From Lachnospiraceae bacterium (GTDB lineage Bacteria; Bacillota; Clostridia; Lachnospirales; Lachnospiraceae), in the NCBI GenBank assembly GCA_017551665.1, contig JAFZLB010000104.1, forward strand, positions 9,860 through 73,859: a stretch of DNA of 64,000 nucleotides, written 5' to 3'. Both the position numbers and the translations under genes were made by a program. The notes under the pieces are model-generated. The model searched no databases, was not told where the DNA came from, and saw only the letters and a list, made by a program, of their open reading frames with translations. Position 1 is the first letter of the stretch; each line of letters starts with the position of its first letter. Below, in pieces: positions 35,581 to 46,800 of the stretch.

Positions 35581-37230
35581 TCATAGCACGTCCATCCCCG
35601 TATCGGCAGCCTCGGTGAAAGTGTACACCGTGCGCTTTCTCGCTTCCGCATCGGCGGCGAGATACTCATCATACGTTGTGACTTTATCAATCAGCGAACC
35701 GTCGGGGAGAATCTCCATAATGCGGTTCGCTGTTGTCTGTACGATCTGGTGATCGCGGCAGGCGAAGAGCTCCACACCCGGGAACTTCACCATGCCGGTG
35801 TTCAGCGCGGTAATTGCTTCCATGTCCAGATGGTTCGTCGGCTCGTCAAAGATCAATACATTCGCGCCGGAGATCATCATCTTCGAAAGCTGGCAGCGCA
35901 CCTTTTCGCCGCCGGAAAGCACCTTCAGGCGCTTCACGCCGTCGTCGCCCGCAAAGAGCATACGGCCTAAGAAACCGCGGACGTAAGTCGTGTCCTTGTT
36001 TTCGGAATAACCCGTCAGCCATTCCGTGATCGTGTAGTCGTTGTCAAACTCCCGCGTGTTGTCTTTTTCGAAATAGGAGAGGGAGGTGGTCACGCCCCAT
36101 TTGTAAGTGCCGCTGTCCGGCTCGTCGAGGCCCGCGAGGATGTTGAAGAGCGCGGTCTTCGCCTGCTCGTTCGCACCCACAAAGGCGATTTTGTCGTCAT
36201 GCTGTACGACGAAGGAAATGTTGTCCAGCACCTTCACGCCGTTCACGGTCTTCGTCAGTCCCTCGACGGTCAGCACCTCATTGCCGATCTCGCGGTCGGG
36301 GCGGAAGTCAATGTACGGATACTTTCTGCTGGAAGGCTTCATCGTTTCCAGTTCGATTTTTTCCAGCGCGCGCTTGCGGCTCGTGGCCTGCTTGGATTTG
36401 CTGGCGTTCGCGGAGAAGCGTGCGATGAACTCCTTCAATTCCTTGATCTGCTCTTCCTTTTTCTTGTTTGCTTCCTTCATCTGGCGGATCATCAGCTGCG
36501 AGGACTCGTACCAGAAATCATAGTTGCCGGCGTAGAGCTGAATCTTGCCGTAGTCGATGTCCGCGATGGCGGTGCAGACCTTGTTCAAAAAGTAACGGTC
36601 ATGGCTGACGACGATCACGGTGTTTTCGAAGTTGATGAGGAATTCCTCCAGCCAGTCGATGGCATCTAAATCCAGATGGTTCGTGGGCTCGTCCAGCAGC
36701 AGGATGTCCGGGTTACCGAAGAGCGCACGCGCCAAAAGCACCTTCACCTTGAGCGCGCCGTCCAGCGTCTTCATCTGTACGCGGTGATACTCGTCCGGAA
36801 TGCCGAGGCCGTTCAAGAGCGTTTCCGCGTCGGACTCCGCTTCCCATCCGTTCATTTCCGCAAACTCCGTTTCCAGCTCCGAAGCGCGGATGCCGTCTTC
36901 ATCGCTGAAATCTTCTTTGGCGTAAATCGCGTCCTTTTCCCGCATGATCTCAAAGAGCCTGGCGTTTCCCTGCATGACAACGTCCAGCACGATTTCTTCG
37001 TCATACTTGAAGTGATCCTGTTCCAGGAAGGAGAGGCGCTCGCCCGGCGTGATGCTGACATCGCCGTTCGTCGTTTCCAGCTGTCCCGAAAGAATCCGCA
37101 GGAAGGTGGATTTGCCCGCGCCGTTCGCGCCGATGACACCGTAGCAGTTGCCCGGCGTGAATTTGATACTGACATCCTCAAACAGCGCCTTTTTCCCGAC
37201 GCGCAGGGTAACATTGTTCGTCTGAATCAT
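35581..37230 (-). CDS. ABC-F family ATPase (YbiT-like), no TM domain
   Basis: Two NBDs joined by a charged linker (KEANKKKEEQIKELKEFI). NBD1 GANGAGKST; NBD2 Walker A is GANEQAKT. Start at MIQTNNV. Confidence 0.85.
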   Translation of the reverse strand: MIQTNNVTLRVGKKALFEDVSIKFTPGNCYGVIGANGAGKSTFLRILSGQLETTNGDVSITPGERLSFLEQDHFKYDEEIVLDVVMQGNARLFEIMREKDAIYAKEDFSDEDGIRASELETEFAEMNGWEAESDAETLLNGLGIPDEYHRVQMKTLDGALKVKVLLARALFGNPDILLLDEPTNHLDLDAIDWLEEFLINFENTVIVVSHDRYFLNKVCTAIADIDYGKIQLYAGNYDFWYESSQLMIRQMKEANKKKEEQIKELKEFIARFSANASKSKQATSRKRALEKIELETMKPSSRKYPYIDFRPDREIGNEVLTVEGLTKTVNGVKVLDNISFVVQHDDKIAFVGANEQAKTALFNILAGLDEPDSGTYKWGVTTSLSYFEKDNTREFDNDYTITEWLTGYSENKDTTYVRGFLGRMLFAGDDGVKRLKVLSGGEKVRCQLSKMMISGANVLIFDEPTNHLDMEAITALNTGMVKFPGVELFACRDHQIVQTTANRIMEILPDGSLIDKVTTYDEYLAADAEARKRTVYTFTEAADTGMDVL

Positions 37231-37555
37231 GATTGTTCTCCGTATGAATGATGTATATTGGTTGACACTCAAACCATTATATCGAAATCTTCTTATTTTT
37301 CAAGGCGGGATGATGAAGAATTCTTATCCGGAGAGGAAGAAGATGCCGGCGAAGTGGTCGCTGCGATTATGACAATCTGTTCAAAAGAAAACACGTTCGA
37401 TAAACACGCAGATGACAGGAGTGTCATGCAGCCTAAAAACGAACATACGAACCGCGCGAATTAACCAAATTAGTCAATGATGTCTTTTGAGAAACGCCGC
37501 CGGAAAACAGGCGGTGTTTTTTCTATATAAAAACGATCTTTCGGTGACCGCCGTA

Positions 37556-37571
37556 TGTGACTTAGGTCACA
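37556..37571. promoter_or_regulatory. perfect CRP/FNR-type palindrome TGTGA-N6-TCACA
   Basis: TGTGACTTAGGTCACA in the divergent ABC-F / giant adhesin intergenic region. Confidence 0.45.
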
Positions 37572-37709
37572 AAATCATGCAAAACTGCAGTTTAGAAAAA
37601 ATTAATATTTTGCAAAATCTGATGTCGCGCGACCCTGAAATCCGCTCCCGGACTGGGATTCGGGACTTGCTGCCGGAAAAACGCGTGAAAATCGCAAAAA
37701 AAAAGTCCT

Positions 37710-37733
37710 TTTTATGATCGGTTTTATGATAGG
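37710..37733 (+). repeat. tandem 12-bp repeat TTTTATGAT(C/A)GG x2
   Basis: Seen directly, about 125 nt upstream of the giant adhesin ATG. Confidence 0.6.
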
Positions 37734-37857
37734 TCATTTGCTACACTATACCACGGAGATTCCTGCGCACATATTGTGCAAAGCGAATGGAAAGATCCAA
37801 AGCAGCTAAGACGAAGACAGGAAACAGTAGGGAAAAAGCGACAAGGAGGCAAAGACA

Positions 37858-40800
37858 ATGAAACGCTTAGTGGCAAGAATCCTGGCGACGATCATGATGG
37901 CCGCGACGCTGGCGAACGCATTCTCGAATGTGCGCGCCACGAATGATGAAACCGTCTTTATGGAAGACGAGTTCATCGCTGCGGCTGAAGAGACGCAGGA
38001 AGCGGAGGAAGCCCCCGCCCCGGCGGAGGAAGCACCCGCCCTGGCGGAGGAAGCGCCTGCCCCGGCGGAGGAAGCACCCGCACCGGCGGAGGAAGCACCC
38101 GCGCCGGCGGAGGAAGCACCCGCCCCGGCGGAGGAAGCACCCGCACCGGCGGAGGATATCACCGGAACGGATCCTTCTATAGAAGATCCCGCACCGGCGG
38201 AAGAGACGCCCGCCCCGGCGGAGGAGATCCCCGCCGTGGAAGAGGAAACGGTTGCGGATGAGATTCCGGCGGAAGAGACCGCTGACGATGAGCTCGTCGA
38301 AGAAGCTGAAACGGAAGAGGAAACCGATACCGAGGAAGTCAATGAAGAAGCGACGACACTGGTCATCAATTATGGCGCGTCTGTCGGCGGAACGGTAACG
38401 GTGACATCCGAGACCATCGATCTCACCGGCGCATATAAAGCGAAAGGCTCAAAAGCGAAAGCGGATGAGGGCTATCTGTTCACCGGATGGAAAGCGGAAG
38501 ACGGAAGCATTGTTTCCGTTGATGACGCTTATGCGCCTGACGTGTACATGATTGATGAAATCGTATACTCCGGAACACCTGATGATGACGGCGTGATTGA
38601 GACCACCTTCACCGCCTGCTTTGAAGAAGGCAAAGAGGTGACGGCACAGGCATATGTGGGAACGACCCTCATCCGGGTACGTTACAACGAAGCGGCCTTC
38701 GATGAAGCGGTGGAGTTGAATGCGCGTGAAATCACAAAGCGCGACCGCGCGGAATACGCGAAGGTGGAAGCGGCAGTGGACGAAGCGACGGGAGCGGATG
38801 TGGCGCCCGAAGACGTGGAGTTCGCGGCCTTCGATATTTTCTTCTCCAATCAGGAAGGCAAAGAAGTGGAGCCGAAGGAAGGCAGCTTTGTTTCGGTCTC
38901 CATCTCCACCTCCGGAAATGAGACGCCTGACGAAGTGGAACAGGTGCTTCATATTGATGACGCCAACCGCGTGGAAGAAGTCGCGGCCGATACCAATGGC
39001 GGCAGCGTGGATTTCACAACGGATGATTTCTCCATCTATATCATTATCGGAAGCAACACGAAATCCAGCGTGAACGCCTCTGCGGATGTATACCGTTACG
39101 GCAACGGCAAAACCATCGCCGGCAAGAACTATACCTGGAGTGAGCGCGTGGATGTGACCTTTACGGACCGCAACATCAACGAAGGCGGCGCCATCGCCAC
39201 CCTTGCGAATGACCTTAAGTATTACGGAACCTACTACCACAAAGGAGAGGGTGAGTTCGTAAAGGTGTCCGCGTGGATTTTGCAAAACGTCAACAGCAAC
39301 AGATGGAGAGTAGTGGCCCATTTTGACGACGGCACACCGGACAAGATCTACTATGACAACGGCACCGGTGAGAGCAACTACGGGCACTTCGCCTGGCTTG
39401 CGGATGCGCCGGACATGGATTCCCGCACGCCCACCGGCACCATCACGGCAAACATCTATCTGCTGATCGACGCGGAAGAACCCCCTGTGCCGCTGCACAA
39501 GGGATACGCCGCCGGTCTTTTCGGACCGTATCGCAACAATGAGCCTTATTTCAGCGTGCAGATCAACCTGGATGCGCTGAATGAACAGATGCAGCCCTAT
39601 ATCAGCGACAAGAAGGCAGGCAATGGTGAAAACCATGTCTATTACACCTATCTGATGCATGACGGCTACGCGGACAATGAGCCTAACCGGGCAGAAGCGG
39701 AGCGGTTCTTCGACAACGTGCTGATGAATCCGGCAGTTATGCCAAATGCCGCAGACCGTGCGAAGTTTGCCGAAACCTTCAAGACTACACCGGGCGGACA
39801 GGACAACTTCATCGGCTATGTGTTAAAGCGGGAAAATGACATGAGTTACCGCTGGCACATCGACGGCATCGCCCGGAACATCCCGAACTACTGGATCGAG
39901 ATCTATGAAAAGGGACAGGGTAAGCCTTTCGCGACCCACGCTTCCGTGACGGAAGCACAGTATCGGCCAAGCGTCATGGATCAGACAACGAAATACGTTG
40001 CCCAGAAGGCGGGTGTTTCCAATGACAAAGTCACATGGAATGCCGACTTCAAAGGCGGTACTGTGATCAACAAAGATGGCGCCGTCCAGACATTCACCCT
40101 CCTGCCTATGCCGAATGCCAAGGGCTCCGGTACGGATTCCGGTTTTGACGGCAACCCCGGCAATGTTACCTATGAACAGATCGCGGCAAGAAACTACCTT
40201 GCCCGCTTTGAGTTGTCCTTCGAACCGGTCAGCGCACTCACGATCTCCAAGAAGATCAACGTGACGGACAACAACGCGGACGCCCGTGCCCAGGCGCAGA
40301 ACAACAAGTATGCCTTCACGGTGAAGCAGGGCGGCAACGTGGTGCGCTTTACGAAGAGCACGACAAATGAAAACGTCTACAACTACAGTGCGAGCGGCAA
40401 CGTGACGTCACTGGAAGTGACCGGCGAGCAGACCGTTTACGTGTACGGTCTTCCCGCGGGCGGCTACTCTGTGGAAGAAACCGGCAAGGGCAATGCCATT
40501 TCCGGCTACAACCACAGCGTCGGGTATTCCCCCGCAAACGGCGGCGTAACCGTTGCGGCGGGCAAGACGGTGAACGTGGATGTCACCAACAAATACGAAC
40601 CCTCCACCGGCACCTTAAAGATCACAAAGCAGGTGGAAGACAAGACGGACGGCGGAAACTTTAATTCCAAGGCCTATGAGTTTACCGTTACCGCAGCAAA
40701 CGGCAAGCAGCTTTCCTTTACAAAGAACGGCGCGAATTACGCTTACGCGGAAAACGGCGCAAACAAGACGATCACCATCAGCGGTGCCGGCACGGCAACC

Positions 40801-43800
40801 ATCACGGGCGTGCCTGCCGGAAAATACATTGTGCAGGAAGTGAATCCCACCGCAGCCGGTCTGCAGGCCCAGGGTTATGTGCTTGCAACTTCCTACACGC
40901 CCGCCGGCGGCAATGTGACCGTGGTGGCAAAGCAGGAAGCTTCCGTTACAGTGAAAAACACCATCAAGCATACGGATGAGAAGATCCAGCCGAAAGGAAC
41001 AAAGACCTGGATCGACGGCGGAAAGAACGGCGGAAACCACAGACTGGTGATCAATCTGTACCGCAAGGTTGAGGGCGGACAGGAAGAACTGGTCAGGACA
41101 AAGACACTGGATCCCGGACAGACGGAATACAGCTTCATTGAATTCCCTGCGCGGGATGAAAACGGCAAGCTCTACACCTACCGTGTGGAGGAAGTGCTGC
41201 CCGACGGTTACGAACTGGTCAGCGCCATTCCCAACGGCACCGGCGGTGCGGACTTTACCAACCGCTTAAAGCAGGAGAACATCAACATCTCCGGCAAAAA
41301 GACCTGGATTGACGGTAACAGCACAAACCGTCCGGCACTGACGATCCAGCTCTTCCGCAACGATGTGCTGGTTGAGATGCAGACGCTGACGGGCAACCAG
41401 ACAACCTACGCTTTCAACAATCTGCCGAAGTACGACGACAACCGCAATCCCTACACCTACCGTGTGGAGGAGATTGTGCCCACCGGCTACGAAAAGACAG
41501 GAGAAACCGCAAACAGCACCGGCGGCAAGGACTTCACCAACAGGCTGCTCCAGCAGCCCCGGTCCATCTCCGGTCAGAAGACCTGGATTGACAACAACAA
41601 CCCGGATCGTCCGAATCTGACGATTCAGCTGTGGCGCAAGTCCGGAAACGGGCAGTTTGCGAAGGTTGCGGAAACCACGCTGAAGAAGAACGAGACGACC
41701 TACCGCTTTGACAATCTTGACCGCTACGACGATGCGCGCAACGAGTATGTCTACGAAGTGCGCGAAGTGGTGCCGGCGGGCTATGAAAAGCAGAGCGAAA
41801 CCGTCAACGCCACCGGCGGAAAGGATTTTGTAAACATCCTGAAGCAGGAGAAGATCAACATCTCCGGCAAGAAAACCTGGGTGGACGGCAACAGCGCGAA
41901 CCGTCCGAAACTGGTTGTCCAGCTGTACCGCGACTATGTACTGTTGGAGACAGAGGAATTTGACGAAGGAGCCACAAGCTACACCTTCACCGAACTTGAC
42001 AAGTATGCCCCCGACCGCCATGAATACTTCTATGAAGTATTTGAGGTGGTGCCGGCAGGCTACGAACTGACGAAGGAAACGGTAAACAACACCGGCGGCA
42101 AGGACTTCGAGAACACACTGGGACAGGAGTACACCTCCATCAGCGGCACGAAGACCTGGATTGACGGCGGACTGCAGAGCTACCAGCGTCCGAACCTGAC
42201 CATCCAGCTGACCCAGAACGGCGAGGATTACGGCCAGCCCAGAAGCTTTGGCAACGGCGCAACCCGCTGGAGCTTTGACAATCTGCCAAAGTTTGACGCA
42301 CAGCGCAACGAGTACACCTACTCCTATAGGGAAGTGAGTGTGCCGGGTTACACCACGACCATTGATGACAACACCAACACCATCACCAACACCATCAACT
42401 CCAAACCGGTGAACATCTCCGGTAAGAAGACCTGGATTGTGCCGCAGGGAACGAAGGTTCCGGATCTTACCATCGAACTGTGGCGCAAGGCCGGCCAGTA
42501 CGGCACATTGGAGAAGGTGACGGAGACCACGCTGAAAAACGGGCAGACCACCTACAGCTTTAACAACCAGGACGAGCGCGACGACCAGGGCAACCTCTAT
42601 TACTACGAAGTGCGCGAGGTGCTGCCGGATGGCTACCACATGGTTTCGGAATCCGTGAACGACACAAACGGCAAGGATTTCGTGAACGCCATCGATCAGG
42701 AAGTGATCAAGATCGAGGGCACGAAGACCTGGAAAGACAACAAGCAGAACGCGAATCAGCGTCCGAACCTGTATCTTGTCCTGAAGCGTGACGGCAATGA
42801 GTACAGAACCGGCTCCTTCGGCTACGGCGCGACGAAGTGGGAGTTCAAGAATCTGCCGAAGTACGACCTGCCTGGACAGGGTGCCGACACGGTAAAGGGA
42901 GACGGACACGAATTTGTTTACACCGTGGATGAGCCGCAGATTGCGGGTTACACCACCACGCGCAACGGCAACGATTTTGTCAACACGATCAACCAGCAGC
43001 CTACCTCCATCTCCGGCACAAAGACCTGGGTGGACGGTAACAGGGCAGCAAAAGACCGTCCGGCGCTGATCATCCAGCTGCTGCGAAACGGTCAGCCCTA
43101 CGGCCAGCCGAAGGACTTTGGCAAGGGCGCCACCAGCTGGAACTTTGATAACCTTGACATGTACGACGAAAACGGCAAGCCTTACACCTATACCGTTGAA
43201 GAGAAGCTGGATCCTGACACGGAGTACGATGTCACGGTGAACGGCAACGACATCACCAACACCCTGAAGCCGGTCCGGACGGAAATACGCGGCACAAAGG
43301 AATGGAAGGACAACAAGACGAATGCAAATGAGCGTCCTGCCCCCACCTTCATCCTGTACCGCGACGGTGTGGAGTACATGCGCAAGCCCTTTGCGAAGGG
43401 TGCCACCACATGGGAATTCACGGACCTGCCCAAGTACGATCTGCCGGGCTACGGCGATGAAACCGTGCGGGGCGACGGACATGAATTTAAATACACCGTG
43501 GAGGAAGTGAAGCCCGAGGGCTATACGGTTTCGAGAACAGGCAACGCCTTCACCAACACCATCGAACAGAAGGAAACCCAGGTGAAGGGTACCAAGACCT
43601 GGATCGATCCCGTGGGCACGGTGCATGACACCATTACCATCGTGCTGTTACAGGATGGTGAGGAGTTCCGCAAGACCGATCTGGCGAACGGTTTCACAAC
43701 CTATGAATTCAACAATCTGCCGAAGTTTGCGGCGGACGGACACGAGTATGTCTACACCGTGGAAGAACTGACTGTGCCGGGCTACACGACGACAAGAAAC

Positions 43801-46800
43801 GGCAATGACTTCACCAACACGATTGATCAGGTCAGGATCGAGAAGAGCGGTAAAAAGACATGGGTCGTACCGGCCGGTGCGGAGGTACCGTCTGTCACGA
43901 TCGAACTGTACCGCGACAGGCAGTCGGATGCGGACAAGCCCTATAAGACCTATACCATTCCGGGCGGCAAGGTCACGGAAGGCAGCTATGTGTTCACGAA
44001 CCTGCCCAAGTACGACCTGCCGGGACAGGGCGCGGACACCGTAAAGGGTGACGGCCATGAGTTCCGCTATGAGGTAAAGGAAGTGTCCGTACCGGGCTAC
44101 ACCACCGTGCAGCAGGGCAACGACTTTATCAACACCATCCATCAGGAACCGACGGAGATTTCCGGCACGAAGACCTGGATCGATCCTTACGGAGAGGACA
44201 ACAGCAAGCGGCCGGAACTGAAGGTTAATCTGCTCCGCGACGGTGACTATGTCAAAACCGGAAAATTCGGCAAGGGTGCGACGACGTGGTCCTTCCCGGA
44301 ACTGCCGAAGTATGCCGTCAGAAAAGACGGAAAGGACATCGAGGGTTATAACGGTCCCTATGACGGCCATGAGTTTGTCTACACCGCAGAAGAAGTAGAG
44401 ACGGACGGCTACACCACCGCCAAAATTGACGCAAACAACCGGATCATCAACACCATCGTACAGCAGACAGTCCGTGTCGAGGGTAAGAAGACATGGATTG
44501 CACCGGCTGACATGCAGCGTCCCGAAGTGACGATCGAACTGTACCGTGACGACGTAAAGATCACGGAACAGAAACTGACCAATGACCGTTACAGCTTCAC
44601 GGAACTGCCGAAGTACGACATCAAGGATGCGGACGGCAAGCTGCTGGGCGACAAGATCAAAAGCGATGCCTCTTCCAAAGCCACGGGCGACGGACATGAG
44701 TTTACTTACACCGTGGCGGAAGTGATCGCAAACAACGCGAACGGCGCGACCTACACACAGACGAGCGCCATCTCCGCGACGGACAATGCCGGCAACATCG
44801 CGATGAACTTTGAGAATACGATTGACCAGGATTACACAACGCTTGACGGCAAAAAGTCCTGGAACGATCCGTACACGAATCCGGAGGACAGACCGGAACT
44901 GGAGGTCGATCTGTACCGTGATGAAGTGAAGATCATCTCCAAACATGGCTTCGGCAAGGGCGCCACGAAGTGGAAGTTCGAGAACCTGCCGGTGTATGCC
45001 GTGAAAGGCAAAAACGGAGAGGAAATCGACGGTTATACGGGCGCGTACGACGGCCACAAATTCACCTACAAAGCCGTGGAAGTGAAGCCGGATGGCTACA
45101 CCACGGATGTGGATGCCAACGGCAACTTCATCAACACGATTGAAGAGGACTTCACCGAAATCGGCGGCACGAAGACCTGGCATGATCCCTATGCGGATGC
45201 GGAGGATCGTCCGGAACTGGAAGTGCAGCTCAAGCGCGACGGCGTGGCACTGGGACAACCCCGGAAATTCGGCAATGGCGCCACGGAGTATAAGTTTGAG
45301 GAACTGCCGAAGTTCAATCTGAAGGATAAGAACGGCAAGCTGATCGACGCCTCGAAACCGGAAGGACATGAGTTCGTCTATACGGTAGAGGAAATCGTCC
45401 CGACGGGCTACACCCTGATGAGTGCCGACGGTGCGACGGACTTCATCAACACGATCAGGCAGGAGTACATTGACAAGTCCGGCACAAAGACCTGGATCGT
45501 TCCGGACGGACATGAAGTACCGCAGATCAAAATCAACCTGCTGCGTGACGGTACAGTGATTCGGGTGTACACACTTGAGGGCGGAAACGTCAAGAGCGAA
45601 ACCTACAAGTTTGAGAATCTGCCGCGCTACAACCTGAAGGATGAGAATGGCATTCTGATGGATGCCACACAACCGGAAGGCCACGAGTTCGTCTACACCA
45701 TCGAAGAGGAACGGCCGGACGGCTACCACCAGCTCAGCGCGGATGCGAACACCACAAACGGCATCGATTTCGTCAACGAGATCGACCAGAAGCCGATGAC
45801 GGTCACGCTGACCAAGATCTGGGATGATATATCCTATACAGGCCGTCCCGCGCAGATCAGTTTCAGACTGAGCGCGACGGCAGGACGTAAGACCGTTGAA
45901 CTTGCGGCCATGGCGGAAAAGAACGACGTGGAGATCAAAACGCAGATCACGCTGCCGACAGACGGTGAAAAGGAAGACGAAAATACCTGGACCTACGAGT
46001 GGACCGGACTTGACACCTACGATGAAAACGGCCAGCCCATCACCTACACCGTAACGGAAGTGGACGAGGTCAAACTCGAGGACGGCACGACCGTCACCCT
46101 GGGCGACCTGGGCTACAAATCCGTCCGCATGGGTGATCAGGAGCAGGGCTTCACCTACACCAACACCCGCACGCCGGATGATGAGCCGGAGAAGACGGTG
46201 AACGGTGTCAAGGAACTGGAACTGACGAACCGTGACGAGATCTTCACCTACACCATCACGGCAGTGATTCCGGATCGTGACAAGATGACCGCTTTCACCA
46301 TCACCGATACCCTGGAGGACGTGCTGGAATTTGTCGGCACGGGCGCCAATGTGGAAGTGACCGTGGGAACGGAGAAGTTGACGGGCGCGGCAACGATTGC
46401 CGGCCAGATCCTGACCGTGAAGCTTCCCGCGAAGTATCTGAAGTCTGCGGGTGAGACGGTAACGGTCTCCTTCAAGGCACGCATCAAAGCAAACGTCACG
46501 GACTTCAGCGCGTATACGCTGACGAGTGACAGCGGCAGACCGGAGATCCCGAACAAGGCATTTGTCCGCGTGGATTTCCCGAACCGCCACGATGAGTTCC
46601 CGACGGACGAACCGGAGATCATCCCGAACGAGGAGCCCCTGGTCAAGACCGTCAACGGCAAGGAGCACTATGATCTGAAGGAGCGCAACGAGGCGGTGGA
46701 ATACAAGCTCACCACCGAGGTGCCCACAAGAGCAAACTTTGAGAGCTTTACGATTACCGATACACTGGAAGATGTCCTGGAATTTGTGGACGGGGATGAC

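Noticed and set aside
37496-37520. A plus-strand hairpin with a T6 tract as a terminator feature.
   Set aside because: The stem is only 5 bp (CCGCC/GGCGG) and there is no plus-strand gene upstream to terminate. It is mentioned only as part of the complex control region.
37258-37717. Plus-strand ORFs of 68 and 76 aa in the ABC-F / giant adhesin intergenic region.
   Set aside because: They have no SD, odd composition and non-ATG starts. They overlap palindromic and repeated regulatory-looking sites, so they are better explained as non-coding control region.
37806-38369. 187-aa Ser/Ala-rich minus-strand ORF.
   Set aside because: It is the antisense reading of the EEAPAPA acidic repeat region of the giant adhesin, an artefact of the repeat.
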